From an uncultured Acidobacteriota bacterium (lineage in GTDB: Bacteria; Acidobacteriota; Thermoanaerobaculia; UBA5066): DNA of 64,000 bases. Positions 29,129 through 38,242 of the stretch are shown here, piece by piece (position 1 is the stretch's first letter; each line of letters starts with the position of its first letter). The notes below the pieces were generated by a model that did no database searches, was not told the DNA's origin, and worked only from the letters and a program-made list of their open reading frames with translations. The translations under genes and the position numbers were made by a program. Where the stretch lies: positions 992,001 to 1,056,000 of the forward strand of contig CAVZYA010000002.1 in assembly GCA_963779415.1 (NCBI GenBank), given 5' to 3'.

Positions 29129-30880
29129 CTAGCCTCCCGGGAAGTACTCCCGCCAGCGCCGGTCGACGCGCGCGGCGGTCTCGGGGTCGGTCTCCACCTC
29201 GCGAGGCATCCACGGCTTGACCCGGGCGTCCACGACGAGGGGCGCCGAGAAAGCGAGGTGGTTCCGGACGATCTCTCTTCGGCCGTGAAGGTCCGCGGCC
29301 GGCTCGAAGCGCGTGAAGACGCGCCAGAGGAACGACTTCTCGTCCCGCGCCGTCGCGGCAGCGTCGTCGGCGAGGACGACGAGGGGCCATCCGCGGATGG
29401 CGGGGTCGGTCGCGAGGCGGGAGGGGAAATCACGGTCCTTTCCGAACGTCGGCCCCTCGACGACGAGCGCGCCGGGGGCGAAGACTGCGGCGGCTCGCGC
29501 GCCTTCGGGGAGCGCTCCCATGAACTCGACGGGAAGGTCGCGGATCGCCTCGCCGAGTCCGACGAGCACCCCCTTCGACCCCTCGTTCACCTTCGGTCCC
29601 GTGTAGTCGAGCGTGTCCATGGCGAGGTTCGAGAAGACGAAGAGGTCGGTCTCGAACCGGCAGCGCGCGAGGACGTGGGAAAGGAGACCGCGGAAGTCGC
29701 GGAGGTCCCGGCGCGCGTCGGTCAGGAGAAGGAACTTCGTCAGCGAGAGCTGTCCCTCTCCGAGGATCCGGAAGGCGGAAGCCATCGCCTCGCGCCCGTA
29801 ACGGTCCTTCACGACCGCCGCGGCGAGCGAATGGAAACCGGTGTCGCCGTAGCTCCAGATGTCGAGGACGGTCGGCATGACGAGCGGGAACACCGGGGCG
29901 AGCAGCTCCTGAACGTACTCGCCGAGGAAGAAGTCCTCCTGCCTCGGCTTGCCTACGAGAGTGGCCGGAAAGATGGCGTCGCGGCGGCGGTAGACACGCG
30001 AAACATCGAGGACGGGATATTCGTGCGCGAGCGAGTAGTAGCCGTAGTGGTCGCCGAAGGGGCCTTCGAGCCGGCGTGTCCGCGGCGGGACGCGCCCGGT
30101 GATCGCGAACTCCGCCGTCGCGACGAGGCGGTGCGGGTGGCCGGGCACCTTCTCCATCGGGAGCTTCTCGCCGAGGACGAGCGAGGCCAGGAGGATTTCG
30201 GGGAGCCCCTCGGGGAGCGGCGTGATGGCGCCGAGGATCAGCGCGGGGGGGCCTCCGAGGAAGACGGTGAGCGGCAGCGCCTCGCCGCGCGATTCGGCGA
30301 CGTGGTAGTGGAAGCCTCCCCCTTTGCCGATCTGCCAGTGGACTCCGAGCATCCGCGCGTCGTGGACCTGCATCCGGTACATCCCGAGGTTCGACTCCCG
30401 GTGCTCGGGATGTTCCGTGTAAACGAGAGGGAGCGTCAGGAACGGGCCGCCGTCCTCGGGCCACGTCGTCAGGGCGGGGAGCGTCGTCAGATCGAAGCGG
30501 TCGTCCACGACCTCGGCCACGGGGAGGTCGCTCGCGCGGCGGGTACCGATCTTCGCGGCCCGGGCGAAGAACGATCGGAAGCCCCAGAGCTTTCCGGCCG
30601 TCGGCGGGAGCAGCTCCGTCGCGGCCCGGGCGGCCGTCCTCACGAACTCCGCCGGGCGCGTCCCGAACGCCATGTCGATCCGCTTCCTCGTCCCGAAGAG
30701 ATTCGTCACGACGGGGAAGGGCGATCCCTTCGGCCGGGTGAAGAGCAGTGCCGGTCCCCCCTCGGCGATGACGCGCCGGTGAATCTCGGGGATCTCGAGC
30801 CGCGGGTCGGCCTCGGTCGTCACCTCGGCGAGATCCCCCTCGCGCCGAAGGGCCGCCAGAAACTCACGCAGGTCCCGCAC
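29129..30880 (-). CDS. UbiD family decarboxylase (menaquinone-type long form)
   Basis: NLGMYRMQ, EGPFGDHYGYY, GKPRQED, DTLDY. Confidence 0.92.
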   Translation of the reverse strand: MRDLREFLAALRREGDLAEVTTEADPRLEIPEIHRRVIAEGGPALLFTRPKGSPFPVVTNLFGTRKRIDMAFGTRPAEFVRTAARAATELLPPTAGKLWGFRSFFARAAKIGTRRASDLPVAEVVDDRFDLTTLPALTTWPEDGGPFLTLPLVYTEHPEHRESNLGMYRMQVHDARMLGVHWQIGKGGGFHYHVAESRGEALPLTVFLGGPPALILGAITPLPEGLPEILLASLVLGEKLPMEKVPGHPHRLVATAEFAITGRVPPRTRRLEGPFGDHYGYYSLAHEYPVLDVSRVYRRRDAIFPATLVGKPRQEDFFLGEYVQELLAPVFPLVMPTVLDIWSYGDTGFHSLAAAVVKDRYGREAMASAFRILGEGQLSLTKFLLLTDARRDLRDFRGLLSHVLARCRFETDLFVFSNLAMDTLDYTGPKVNEGSKGVLVGLGEAIRDLPVEFMGALPEGARAAAVFAPGALVVEGPTFGKDRDFPSRLATDPAIRGWPLVVLADDAAATARDEKSFLWRVFTRFEPAADLHGRREIVRNHLAFSAPLVVDARVKPWMPREVETDPETAARVDRRWREYFPGG

Positions 30881-30898
30881 GCCCCGAGGTTACTTCAC
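30851..30898 (+). repeat. Direct repeat copy A1 (ubiD start and leader)
   Basis: Matches 32558-32604 at 38 of 48 aligned positions by hand. Confidence 0.75.
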
Positions 30899-30926
30899 AC
30901 GGCGGCCGTCGGCCGTGGCGAGGACT

Positions 30927-31337
30927 TCAGGCGGATTCGATCGTGCGGACGATCTCGAGGAACTGCCGTAGCGGTCCGAGGCGGCCCAACACTTCGACGG
31001 CGCGCTCGAGGTCGAGAACGACGTATTCGTGAATGAGGACATTCCTGAAACCGGGAAGTCTCTCGAGCTCGTGAACCAGGTCCGGCGGAAAGCGGCTGTC
31101 CCCTGTCAGGCGCCGGATGGCTTCCGTGTAGTCCTCGAACCTCTCGCCGCGCCTTGCCGCGAGCTCGCCGGCCACGTCGATGACGAGCTGACAGACCGTC
31201 AGGAGCGAAAAGAGCACGTCGTTGTGAAGGGAGAGATCGCGGCGGAGATCACCGGCATCCCGGACCCGCAGCCGCAGCTCGTCGAGGTGGTCGAGATGGC
31301 GCCGAAGTTCCGCGAGGCGCTCGATCAGGTAGGTCAT
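30927..31337 (-). CDS. HepT/DUF86 HEPN ribonuclease toxin
   Basis: FRNVLIHEY (RX4HXY). Confidence 0.9.
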   Translation of the reverse strand: MTYLIERLAELRRHLDHLDELRLRVRDAGDLRRDLSLHNDVLFSLLTVCQLVIDVAGELAARRGERFEDYTEAIRRLTGDSRFPPDLVHELERLPGFRNVLIHEYVVLDLERAVEVLGRLGPLRQFLEIVRTIESA

Positions 31338-31777
31338 CGTGCCAGAGCTTCCAGCTTGAGCCGGCGCGTCCGCTTGAGGAACGGCTCCAGATCGGCGGCC
31401 TGGAGCTGTACGTCTCGCCGATAGGCGTGATCGGCCTCCGGATCGGCACAGAAAACGCGTTGACCGTCGAGAACGACCCGGCGGCCGAGGTGCGGGGGGG
31501 CGTCGTTCAGGACCACGACGTCTACGGGACGACCTCCCAGCCGGCCAGGCAGGGCACCTGCCAGCCTCACGCGTTCCTCGAACCTTTGCTCCCGATCGAG
31601 CTTCCAGGAGACGAGAACGCCGACATCGACGTCACTCTCGCGGTGTGCGCGGCCCGCCGCGTGGCTCCCGAACAGGTAGGCGGAGATGACGTGCGGGCCC
31701 GCCAACTCCCCGAGCGCGCCGGCGAGCGCCCCCGCCACATCCCGCACAGAGGCGTCCGGGAGTGTGATCGGCTTCAT
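31334..31777 (-). CDS. MntA-type minimal nucleotidyltransferase antitoxin
   Basis: LFGSHA.G....SDVDVGV, VDVVVLNDAPP; ATGA overlap with the HEPN gene. Confidence 0.9.
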   Translation of the reverse strand: MKPITLPDASVRDVAGALAGALGELAGPHVISAYLFGSHAAGRAHRESDVDVGVLVSWKLDREQRFEERVRLAGALPGRLGGRPVDVVVLNDAPPHLGRRVVLDGQRVFCADPEADHAYRRDVQLQAADLEPFLKRTRRLKLEALAR

Positions 31778-31883
31778 GAAAACCAGCGTAGCACGCGAGG
31801 TCATGCCGCGCCGAGAGGGGAGAGGATTGCGTTAGGGCTCAGGCGGGCGCCGGGTCGAGCGTGATCGGGTGACCCTCGTAGAG

Positions 31884-31905
31884 GTAAGAATAGTAAGATT
31901 CTTAC
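31884..31905 (+). promoter_or_regulatory. Palindromic operator upstream of the AbrB antitoxin
   Basis: GTAAGAAT-N6-ATTCTTAC perfect inverted repeat, AT-rich, just upstream of the RBS. Confidence 0.7.
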
Positions 31906-31915
31906 AGAGGAGACG

Positions 31916-32140
31916 ATGCGCATCACGTCCAAAGGCCAGGTCACCATTCCGCTCGAGATCCGGGAGCGTCTCGGTCTTCTTCCGGAAACCGAGGTCGTCT
32001 TCGAAGTGGTTGGCAGCGCCGTGAGGCTCCGGAAGGCGCCCGGGGCGTCCCGCCGGGGGGCTGCCATCGTGGCCCGTCTGAAGGGACGGGGCCAATCCCG
32101 TCTGACGACGGACCAGATCCTGGCGCTCACCCGAGGCTGA
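31916..32140 (+). CDS. vapB: AbrB/MazE-family antitoxin (VapB)
   Basis: MRITSKGQVTIP..IRERLG. Confidence 0.9.
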   Translation: MRITSKGQVTIPLEIRERLGLLPETEVVFEVVGSAVRLRKAPGASRRGAAIVARLKGRGQSRLTTDQILALTRG

Positions 32141-32143
32141 CCT

Positions 32144-32551
32144 GTGCCGGGTTTCCTCGTCGACAGCAACGTCCTCTTGGACGTCTTCACGGAGGACCGG
32201 AGCTGGCTCGAGTGGTCGTCCAAGGCGCTCGCGAAATGCGCGGACGAGGGTCCGCTCGTCATCAACCCGTTGATCTACGCCGAGGTCTCGATCGGCTTCG
32301 ATCGGATCGAGGAGCTGGACGACGCGCTCGACCCGGCCGTCTTCCAGAGACGGCCTCTCCCTTGGGAAGCGGCGTTTCTGGCGGGGAAGTGCTTCCTTCG
32401 CTACCGGCGGCGCGGCGGCATCAGGTCCTCCACCCTCCCGGACTTCTACATCGGTGCCCACGCGCTCGTCGAGGGTCTGACGCTCGTCACCCGCGACGCG
32501 ACGAGATACCGGACCTACTTTCCGCGGCTCCATCTCGTGGCGCCTGCCTGA
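32144..32551 (+). CDS. vapC: PIN-domain toxin (VapC)
   Basis: LVDSNVLLD, IYAE, PDFYIGAHA, LVTRD. Confidence 0.92.
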   Translation: MPGFLVDSNVLLDVFTEDRSWLEWSSKALAKCADEGPLVINPLIYAEVSIGFDRIEELDDALDPAVFQRRPLPWEAAFLAGKCFLRYRRRGGIRSSTLPDFYIGAHALVEGLTLVTRDATRYRTYFPRLHLVAPA

Positions 32552-32557
32552 ACGGCT

Positions 32558-32604
32558 GACCGCAAGAAACTCACGCGGGTGGCGCACGTCTCGAGCTATT
32601 TCAC
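32558..32604 (+). repeat. Direct repeat copy A2 (degenerate copy of the ubiD start)
   Basis: GACCGCAAGAAACTCACGCGGGTGGCGCACGTCTCGAGCTATTTCAC compared with 30851-30898. Confidence 0.75.
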
Positions 32605-32613
32605 CGCCGGGGC

Positions 32614-32705
32614 TCAGAACGGGGGGAAGACCTCGAAACCCGGACAGGCGACGAATGCGCGATCGTGGGTCCGGATCTGCGTCGTGTCGGCCCGACTTCG
32701 GTGCG
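32614..32705 (-). pseudogene. Possible 3' remnant of a PIN/VapC gene
   Basis: Translates to ...TTQIRTHDRAFVACPGFEVFPPF*, similar to PIN C-termini (I.T.D..F...PG..V..P). Confidence 0.45.
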
Positions 32706-32710
32706 CGCCA

Positions 32711-35239
32711 TCAGCTCTTCGCCCCCTTCTCGTTCAGCAGCTTGAGAAGGCCATCGAGCGGCGCTTCAAAGTACTTCGGCATCTCGCCGCGGGCGCGAGC
32801 CTGCCCGAGGATCCTCGCGACCATTGCTGCGCCGTCCCGAGAGGCAGCGAGGACCTTCGCGAAGCGGCGGTTCGCCGCGCAGCGACCGGAAGTCGGGCTC
32901 CACGAGCAGCCAGTCGTACGCGGGCGGGGCGCCCACTTCGATGCTCTTCTCGAGAATCCGGATCGCGTCGTCGGTCCTTCCAATGTGGGCTAGCGCGGGC
33001 GCTGCGAGGCCGGCGGCATTCGAAACGAGGTTGGCGTCGGCCTTGGCGTCGAGAGCCGAGGCGAGAATCTGCCGGGCAAGGGTCTCGGACGTTGCGGTGT
33101 CGCGCTGCGCGACCGCGAGCGCAAACCTGATCTGACGCCACACCTCGCCGGGCGTGTGTGTCTTTGTGGCTTCAGCCTCGCTGCGTCGGAGCTCCCTCTC
33201 GGCCTCGTCCAGCCGGCCTAGCTTGATCAGCGCGAAGCCTCGCATAGCCAATCCAAACGTAAAATCCGGCTCCACCCGCAGCGCCCGGTCAACGACGGCG
33301 AGCGCATCTCCCGGCCGCCCGAGCCAGCAGAGGTCCACAGCGGCGTTCCCGGCCGCGAACGAGTCGGAATGGATCGAGGTCGACGGATCGCAGGCTGGCG
33401 GCGACGGAGAGGGATACCGAACCCGGGGTACTTACCCACATCCCCAAGATATGGTGGACCCCAGCGTCGCGGGGCGCGAAGGCGACGGCCTTGGCCGCAT
33501 AGTCGATCCCCCTTTCCGGATCGGCGTGAGCCGCGTACATCTCGACGAGGCTCAGGGCTGCCCACGCTTCGCCGCAGCGCGGGTCGATGCCGAGGGCGCG
33601 ACGAGCCCACGACTCGGCCTGTCTTCGCGCCTCGTGCACATCGGCCTCCGCGTCGAACCTGCACATGTAGAGCACCGCGATCTTGGCGGCGGCGACCGCG
33701 AACGACGGATCACGTTGGAGAGCGCGATTGAATGCCGTGAATGCTGCGTCGAAATCCTGCGGGTGGTGGAGGTTTCTGTAGCGGTTCGAAAAGTAAACAC
33801 CTTCCCGGTGGGCCAGTTCGGCCTCGGACGATACCGTGCTTGTTGGGAGCGGTAACGCCGCCGGACTCACCGCGAGACGAATCCCGTCCGCTGCTTGTCG
33901 CGCGAGGTCGTTGTAGCTCTCGCGCGGGCCTTCGTACTGCTTTCCCCACCGCACCCTTCTCGTCGCCGCGTCGACGAGTTGGACGTTCAGGGCGAATCGG
34001 CCCGGAGAGGTGGTGATCGACGTGACGATGAACGAGGAGACCTTGTAAAGGTCGGCCAGCCGTCCGAGATCCCCCTTGACCTTGTCCACCTCGAAGCTGC
34101 TCGGCGGCACCTTCGTGTCGAGCCCTTCAACCTGCGAGAGCAGCGTCGAGATCGTCCCCGGGACGGCGTCAGTGAGGTACGCCACCTCCGGTGCCCCGTA
34201 GACGGTGCACGGCAAAGCGAGGACGCTGGGCGGCCCGCTTGATACGGCGGCGCGCCTCCGGTTGGCAAAGAACAGGGTCCCGGCGACAGCCAGTGCGAGA
34301 AGAAACGCCATGCCCACCAGCGACTTCCGGTGCCTGGGCACCCAGACGCCCGCCAGTGACATTGGGGCTTTGGGCCTCGTGGAGGAGACATCCGGTAGCG
34401 CCTCGATCGCAAAGACCACGTCGCGAGCCGACTGGAAGCGGCTGTCCGGATCTTTCTCGAGGCAATGGCGGACGACGTTCTCAAGCGCTGCCGGGACGCT
34501 TCGGTTGGCCTCAGAAAGGTCTGGTGGCTCCTCTCTGAGGATGGCCGACATCGTGTCGGCTGACGTCTCCCTCTGGAATGGGCGCCTTCCCGACAGCATT
34601 TCGTAGAGAACGACGCCGAACGAGAAGAGGTCCGTCCGGACATCCACCGGCTGGCCGCGGATCTGCTCGGGAGACATGTAGGCCACCGTACCGACGGCCG
34701 TGCCGGGCTGTGTGGCGCTTTCTGTGGGCGTCTCCGTGTCGACGCCGGACGGACTCGAAGGATGGAAGGAGCTTGGCGACGCCGAAATCGAGGATCTTGA
34801 CGTGCCCGTCCTTCGTGACGAAGACGTTCTCGGGCTTGATGTCGCGGTGGACGATCCCCTTCTCGTGCGCCGCCGCGAGGCCGTGCGCGATCTGGATGGC
34901 GTAGTCGACGGCCTTCTTCGGCGGCAGGGGAGCGCCCAGCTTTTCGCGGAGCGATTCGCCTTGCAGAAGCTCCGAGACGATGAAGGGGCTTCCTTCGTGC
35001 GTCCCGACGTCGTGGACGACGAGGATGTTGGGGTGGTCGAGCTGGGCGGCGGCGCGGGCTTCCTTCTCGAAGCGCGACAGCCGTTCGGGATCCGAGGCGA
35101 GCTGCTGACGAACGACCTTGATGGCGACGTCGCGCCCGAGCCGCGTGTCGCGGGCCCGGTAGACCTCTCCCATGCCGCCGGCACCGAGAGGGGCAACGAT
35201 CTCGTAAGGCCCGAGGCGCGTGCCCGCGGAGAGGCCCAT
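32711..35239 (-). CDS. Ser/Thr protein kinase with TM, TolB-like and TPR regions; about 3 frameshifts
   Basis: [32 protein letters not shown] spread over frames (breaks ~34750, ~33360, ~32870). Confidence 0.88.
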
Positions 35240-35374
35240 GGCACCTGCCTCCCCGGGTCGTTGGAAGGGGCGGGGCGTGTCCCCCCGGCGCGACGACGCT
35301 CGTTCCCGCGGCCCGTCAGGGTCGTGTTACTGCGGAGATTCTATTCCCGGCCCAGAAACCCGGGCGAACGTCTC

Positions 35375-36340
35375 TCAGGCGAACTTGTCCGTCGCGGCGA
35401 CGAGGCCGCGGCAGTTCGGGGGCTCCCACGCGCTGTGGCCGGCGTCGGGCGAGATGACGAGGTCCGCCTCGGGCCACGCGCGGTGGAGGGCCCACGCGCT
35501 GAAGATCGGGCAGACGACGTCGTAACGCCCCTGCACGATCACGCCCGGGATGTGGCGGATCTTGCCGGCGTCGCGCAGGAGCTGGTCGTCCACCTCGAAG
35601 AAGCCCCGGTTCGCGAAGTAGTGAGCCTCGATCCGCGCGAAGGCGAGCGCGAACTCGTCCTCCTCGTAGTGGCCCGTGAAGTCGGCGTCCGGCAGGAGCT
35701 TCGACGTGGCGCCCTCCCAGCCGCTCCAGATCTTCGCGGCCGCGAGGCGGACGGAGGGGTCGTCGCTCGTGAGGCGCTTGTGGTACGCCTTCACGAGGTC
35801 GCCGCGCTCGGCCTCGGGAATGTGCGCGAGGTACGGCTCCCACGCGTCCGGGAAGAGGGTCGAGGCGCCCTCCTGGTAGAACCAGTCGATCTCCTTCTTG
35901 CGCAGGAGGAAGATCCCGCGCAGGACGAGTTCCGTGACGCGGTCCGGGTAAGTCTCGGCGTACGCGAGCGCGAGCGTCGAGCCCCACGAGCCGCCGAAGA
36001 CCTGCCAGCGGTCGATCTCGAGGTGCGTCCGCAGCTTCTCGATGTCCGAGACGAGGTCCCACGTCGTGTTCGCCTCGAGGCTCGCGTACGGCGTGGACTT
36101 GCCGCAGCCGCGCTGGTCGAAGACGACGATGCGGTACTTGTCCGGGTGGAAGAAGCGCCGGACCTTCGCGTCCGAGCCGCCGCCGGGGCCGCCGTGAAGG
36201 AAGACGGCGGGCTTTCCCTTCGGGTTTCCGCTCTCCTCCCAGTAGATCGTATGGACGTCGGAGACCTTCAGCATCCCCGTGCGATACGGCTCGATGGGAG
36301 GGTAGAGCCAGGTGACGGGGTCCTTGAGCGGATGCGCCAT
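35375..36340 (-). CDS. pip: Proline iminopeptidase
   Basis: HGGPGGG, DQRGCG, GGSWG, QGRYD, AGHS. Confidence 0.95.
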   Translation of the reverse strand: MAHPLKDPVTWLYPPIEPYRTGMLKVSDVHTIYWEESGNPKGKPAVFLHGGPGGGSDAKVRRFFHPDKYRIVVFDQRGCGKSTPYASLEANTTWDLVSDIEKLRTHLEIDRWQVFGGSWGSTLALAYAETYPDRVTELVLRGIFLLRKKEIDWFYQEGASTLFPDAWEPYLAHIPEAERGDLVKAYHKRLTSDDPSVRLAAAKIWSGWEGATSKLLPDADFTGHYEEDEFALAFARIEAHYFANRGFFEVDDQLLRDAGKIRHIPGVIVQGRYDVVCPIFSAWALHRAWPEADLVISPDAGHSAWEPPNCRGLVAATDKFA

Positions 36341-36407
36341 GCGGAACCTCCGCCCCGGATCCTGCCAGAGTCCGCGCCGGACCGCCGGAAGGTCGTCCGA
36401 CGGGCAC

Positions 36408-37105
36408 TCAGGCCAGGTCGAAGACGAGGATCTCGGCGGCGGAAGGGGTGGAGATTCTGAGCTCTCTCTCATCCGAGACCGCCGCCCCGTCGCCTTCCCC
36501 GAGCTCGAGGCCGTTCAGGTCGATCTCACCCGTCGCCACGTGGACCCACGCGTGCCGCCCGGGGGCGATCGGGTGCGTGATGGCGTTCCCCTTCTTCAAT
36601 CGGCCGATCCGGACCTCCGCGTCCCGTCGGATCGTCACGGCGTCCGGCCCCGCGTGGCTCGTGGCGACGAGGTGGAGGCGCCCGTCGAGGAGGGCGGGGT
36701 CGAGCGCCTTCTCCTCGTAGCCGGGGGAAGGCCTTCTTTCTCCGGGACGATCCAGATCTGGAGGAAGTGGAGCGACTCGGACCGGGAGGGATTGAACTCG
36801 CTGTGCCGGATCCCGGTCCCGGCGCTCATCCGCTGGACCATCCCGGGCCTGAGGACGGAGCCGGAGCCGAGGCTGTCCTTGTGCTCGAGCGCCCCCTCGA
36901 GGACCCACGAGACGATCTCCATGTCGCGATGCCCGTGGGTGCCGAAGCCGCCTCCCGGGACGACGCGGTCGTCGTTCAGGACGAGGAGGCTCCGGAAGCC
37001 GGCGTGACGCGGGTCCCAGTGCTCGCCGAAAGAAAAGGTGTGCCGGCTGTCGAGCCAGCCGGCGTCTGTGTGGAAGCGTTCGGAGGAGTGCCGGAGGGTG
37101 ATCAT
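36408..37105 (-). CDS. Pirin family protein (YhhW-like); frameshift at G run ~36725
   Basis: GWLDSRHTFSF, HGHRDMEI, MSAGTGIRHSE, LQIWI; C-terminus LVFDLA in a second frame. Confidence 0.9.
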
Positions 37106-37491
37106 GAAAAGTCCTTCCCGAGGTCGGCGACCGTCGTCCTTCGCATTACGTCGAGGAACCGGGATCGGACGGGCTCGAAGATCCGCCCAGCCGGTCCCGG
37201 AAAGAGAGGAAAGGCGGCATCCAGCTCTTCGTACCCCTCGAGCGCGAGGACGACGTCCCCCACCGTGATCTCGGCGGCGGGGCGCCCGAGGACGAAGCCG
37301 CCGCGCCGCCCCCGCTTCGACCGGAGAATCCCCCGTTCGACGAGGCGCTGGAGGACCTTCGCGAGGAACGGTGCCGGGACGCTCGCCCTCTCGGCCAGCT
37401 CCTTTGCGCCGCGCCCCGGCGCTAGGGGCCCGCGTCCGTCGAGGTGCGGAAGCGCGGCGAGGGCGACCTCGGCCGCCCGGGAGAGGAACAT
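37102..37491 (-). CDS. Rrf2 family regulator with no cysteines
   Basis: FLAKVLQRL...G...SKRG..GGF.L.RPA.EIT. Confidence 0.85.
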   Translation of the reverse strand: MFLSRAAEVALAALPHLDGRGPLAPGRGAKELAERASVPAPFLAKVLQRLVERGILRSKRGRRGGFVLGRPAAEITVGDVVLALEGYEELDAAFPLFPGPAGRIFEPVRSRFLDVMRRTTVADLGKDFS

Positions 37492-37521
37492 CGTCACCTT
37501 CCCGTGAGGAGCCGGAGCATC

Positions 37522-38010
37522 TCAGTCCCCCTGACGCTCTCGTTCCTCCCTGAGGATCTCGAGCTCGGCAACGGCTTCGAGATCCTTGGGGCGCCCGGCC
37601 GCCGTCTTCACCTCGATCAGCTTGTCGATTCCGAGGCAGAGACACGGAATTCCGAAGATCACGATTCGATCGCAATGGGGCTCGAGATCCCGGTATCCCC
37701 CTCCCCCAGCGATCTCCCCGAAGAGGTCGAGGTCGCCGAGTCGGGTCGCAAGAGTGAAGTTGAGCCCGTGCCGGAGCGTGGCCGCGTCCGGACGAAACGG
37801 GAGTCCCGGTGGCGCCCCGCGAAGCTGCGCGTCGAGTCCGTCGAGGGCGTCCGCGAGCTGCTGAAGGTTCTCCTGTTCGCGAAGGTAGACGACGTCGAGA
37901 TCCTGGGTCAGCCGGGCCGATCCATGCGCCGTCGCGGCCGCACCGCCGATGATGATGAAACAAACGCCCCGGGAGGCCAGCGCCCGCAGCAGACCTTCAA
38001 AATCGGTCAT
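37522..38010 (-). CDS. Putative nucleotidyltransferase
   Basis: IIGGAAA..HG..RLTQDLD; LIEVK.AAGRPKD. Confidence 0.8.
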   Translation of the reverse strand: MTDFEGLLRALASRGVCFIIIGGAAATAHGSARLTQDLDVVYLREQENLQQLADALDGLDAQLRGAPPGLPFRPDAATLRHGLNFTLATRLGDLDLFGEIAGGGGYRDLEPHCDRIVIFGIPCLCLGIDKLIEVKTAAGRPKDLEAVAELEILREERERQGD

Positions 38011-38209
38011 GGGAGGCGCGCCGGCCGGCGCGCTTCAATTCTTCCGCAAACCGCTGGAGTTCCATCAGCTGCCGGAAGCGCTCGTCGACGGTCCGGCGGA
38101 GGTTCTCCGCCAGGAGCGACCGGTCGACGCCTCCCTTGAAAGACGCGATCCGCGCTTCCGTGTCCGCGGACCGGAGGCGTTGCGGCGCCGTGGCATCCGT
38201 GTTTCGCAT
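37997..38209 (-). CDS. Small helical protein, partner of the nucleotidyltransferase
   Basis: 70 aa, GVDRSLLAENLRRTVDERF; overlaps the NTase start. Confidence 0.65.
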   Translation of the reverse strand: MRNTDATAPQRLRSADTEARIASFKGGVDRSLLAENLRRTVDERFRQLMELQRFAEELKRAGRRASHDRF

Positions 38210-38242
38210 CGATCGTCCCTCGGGAATTCTACGAGGGTTCGC

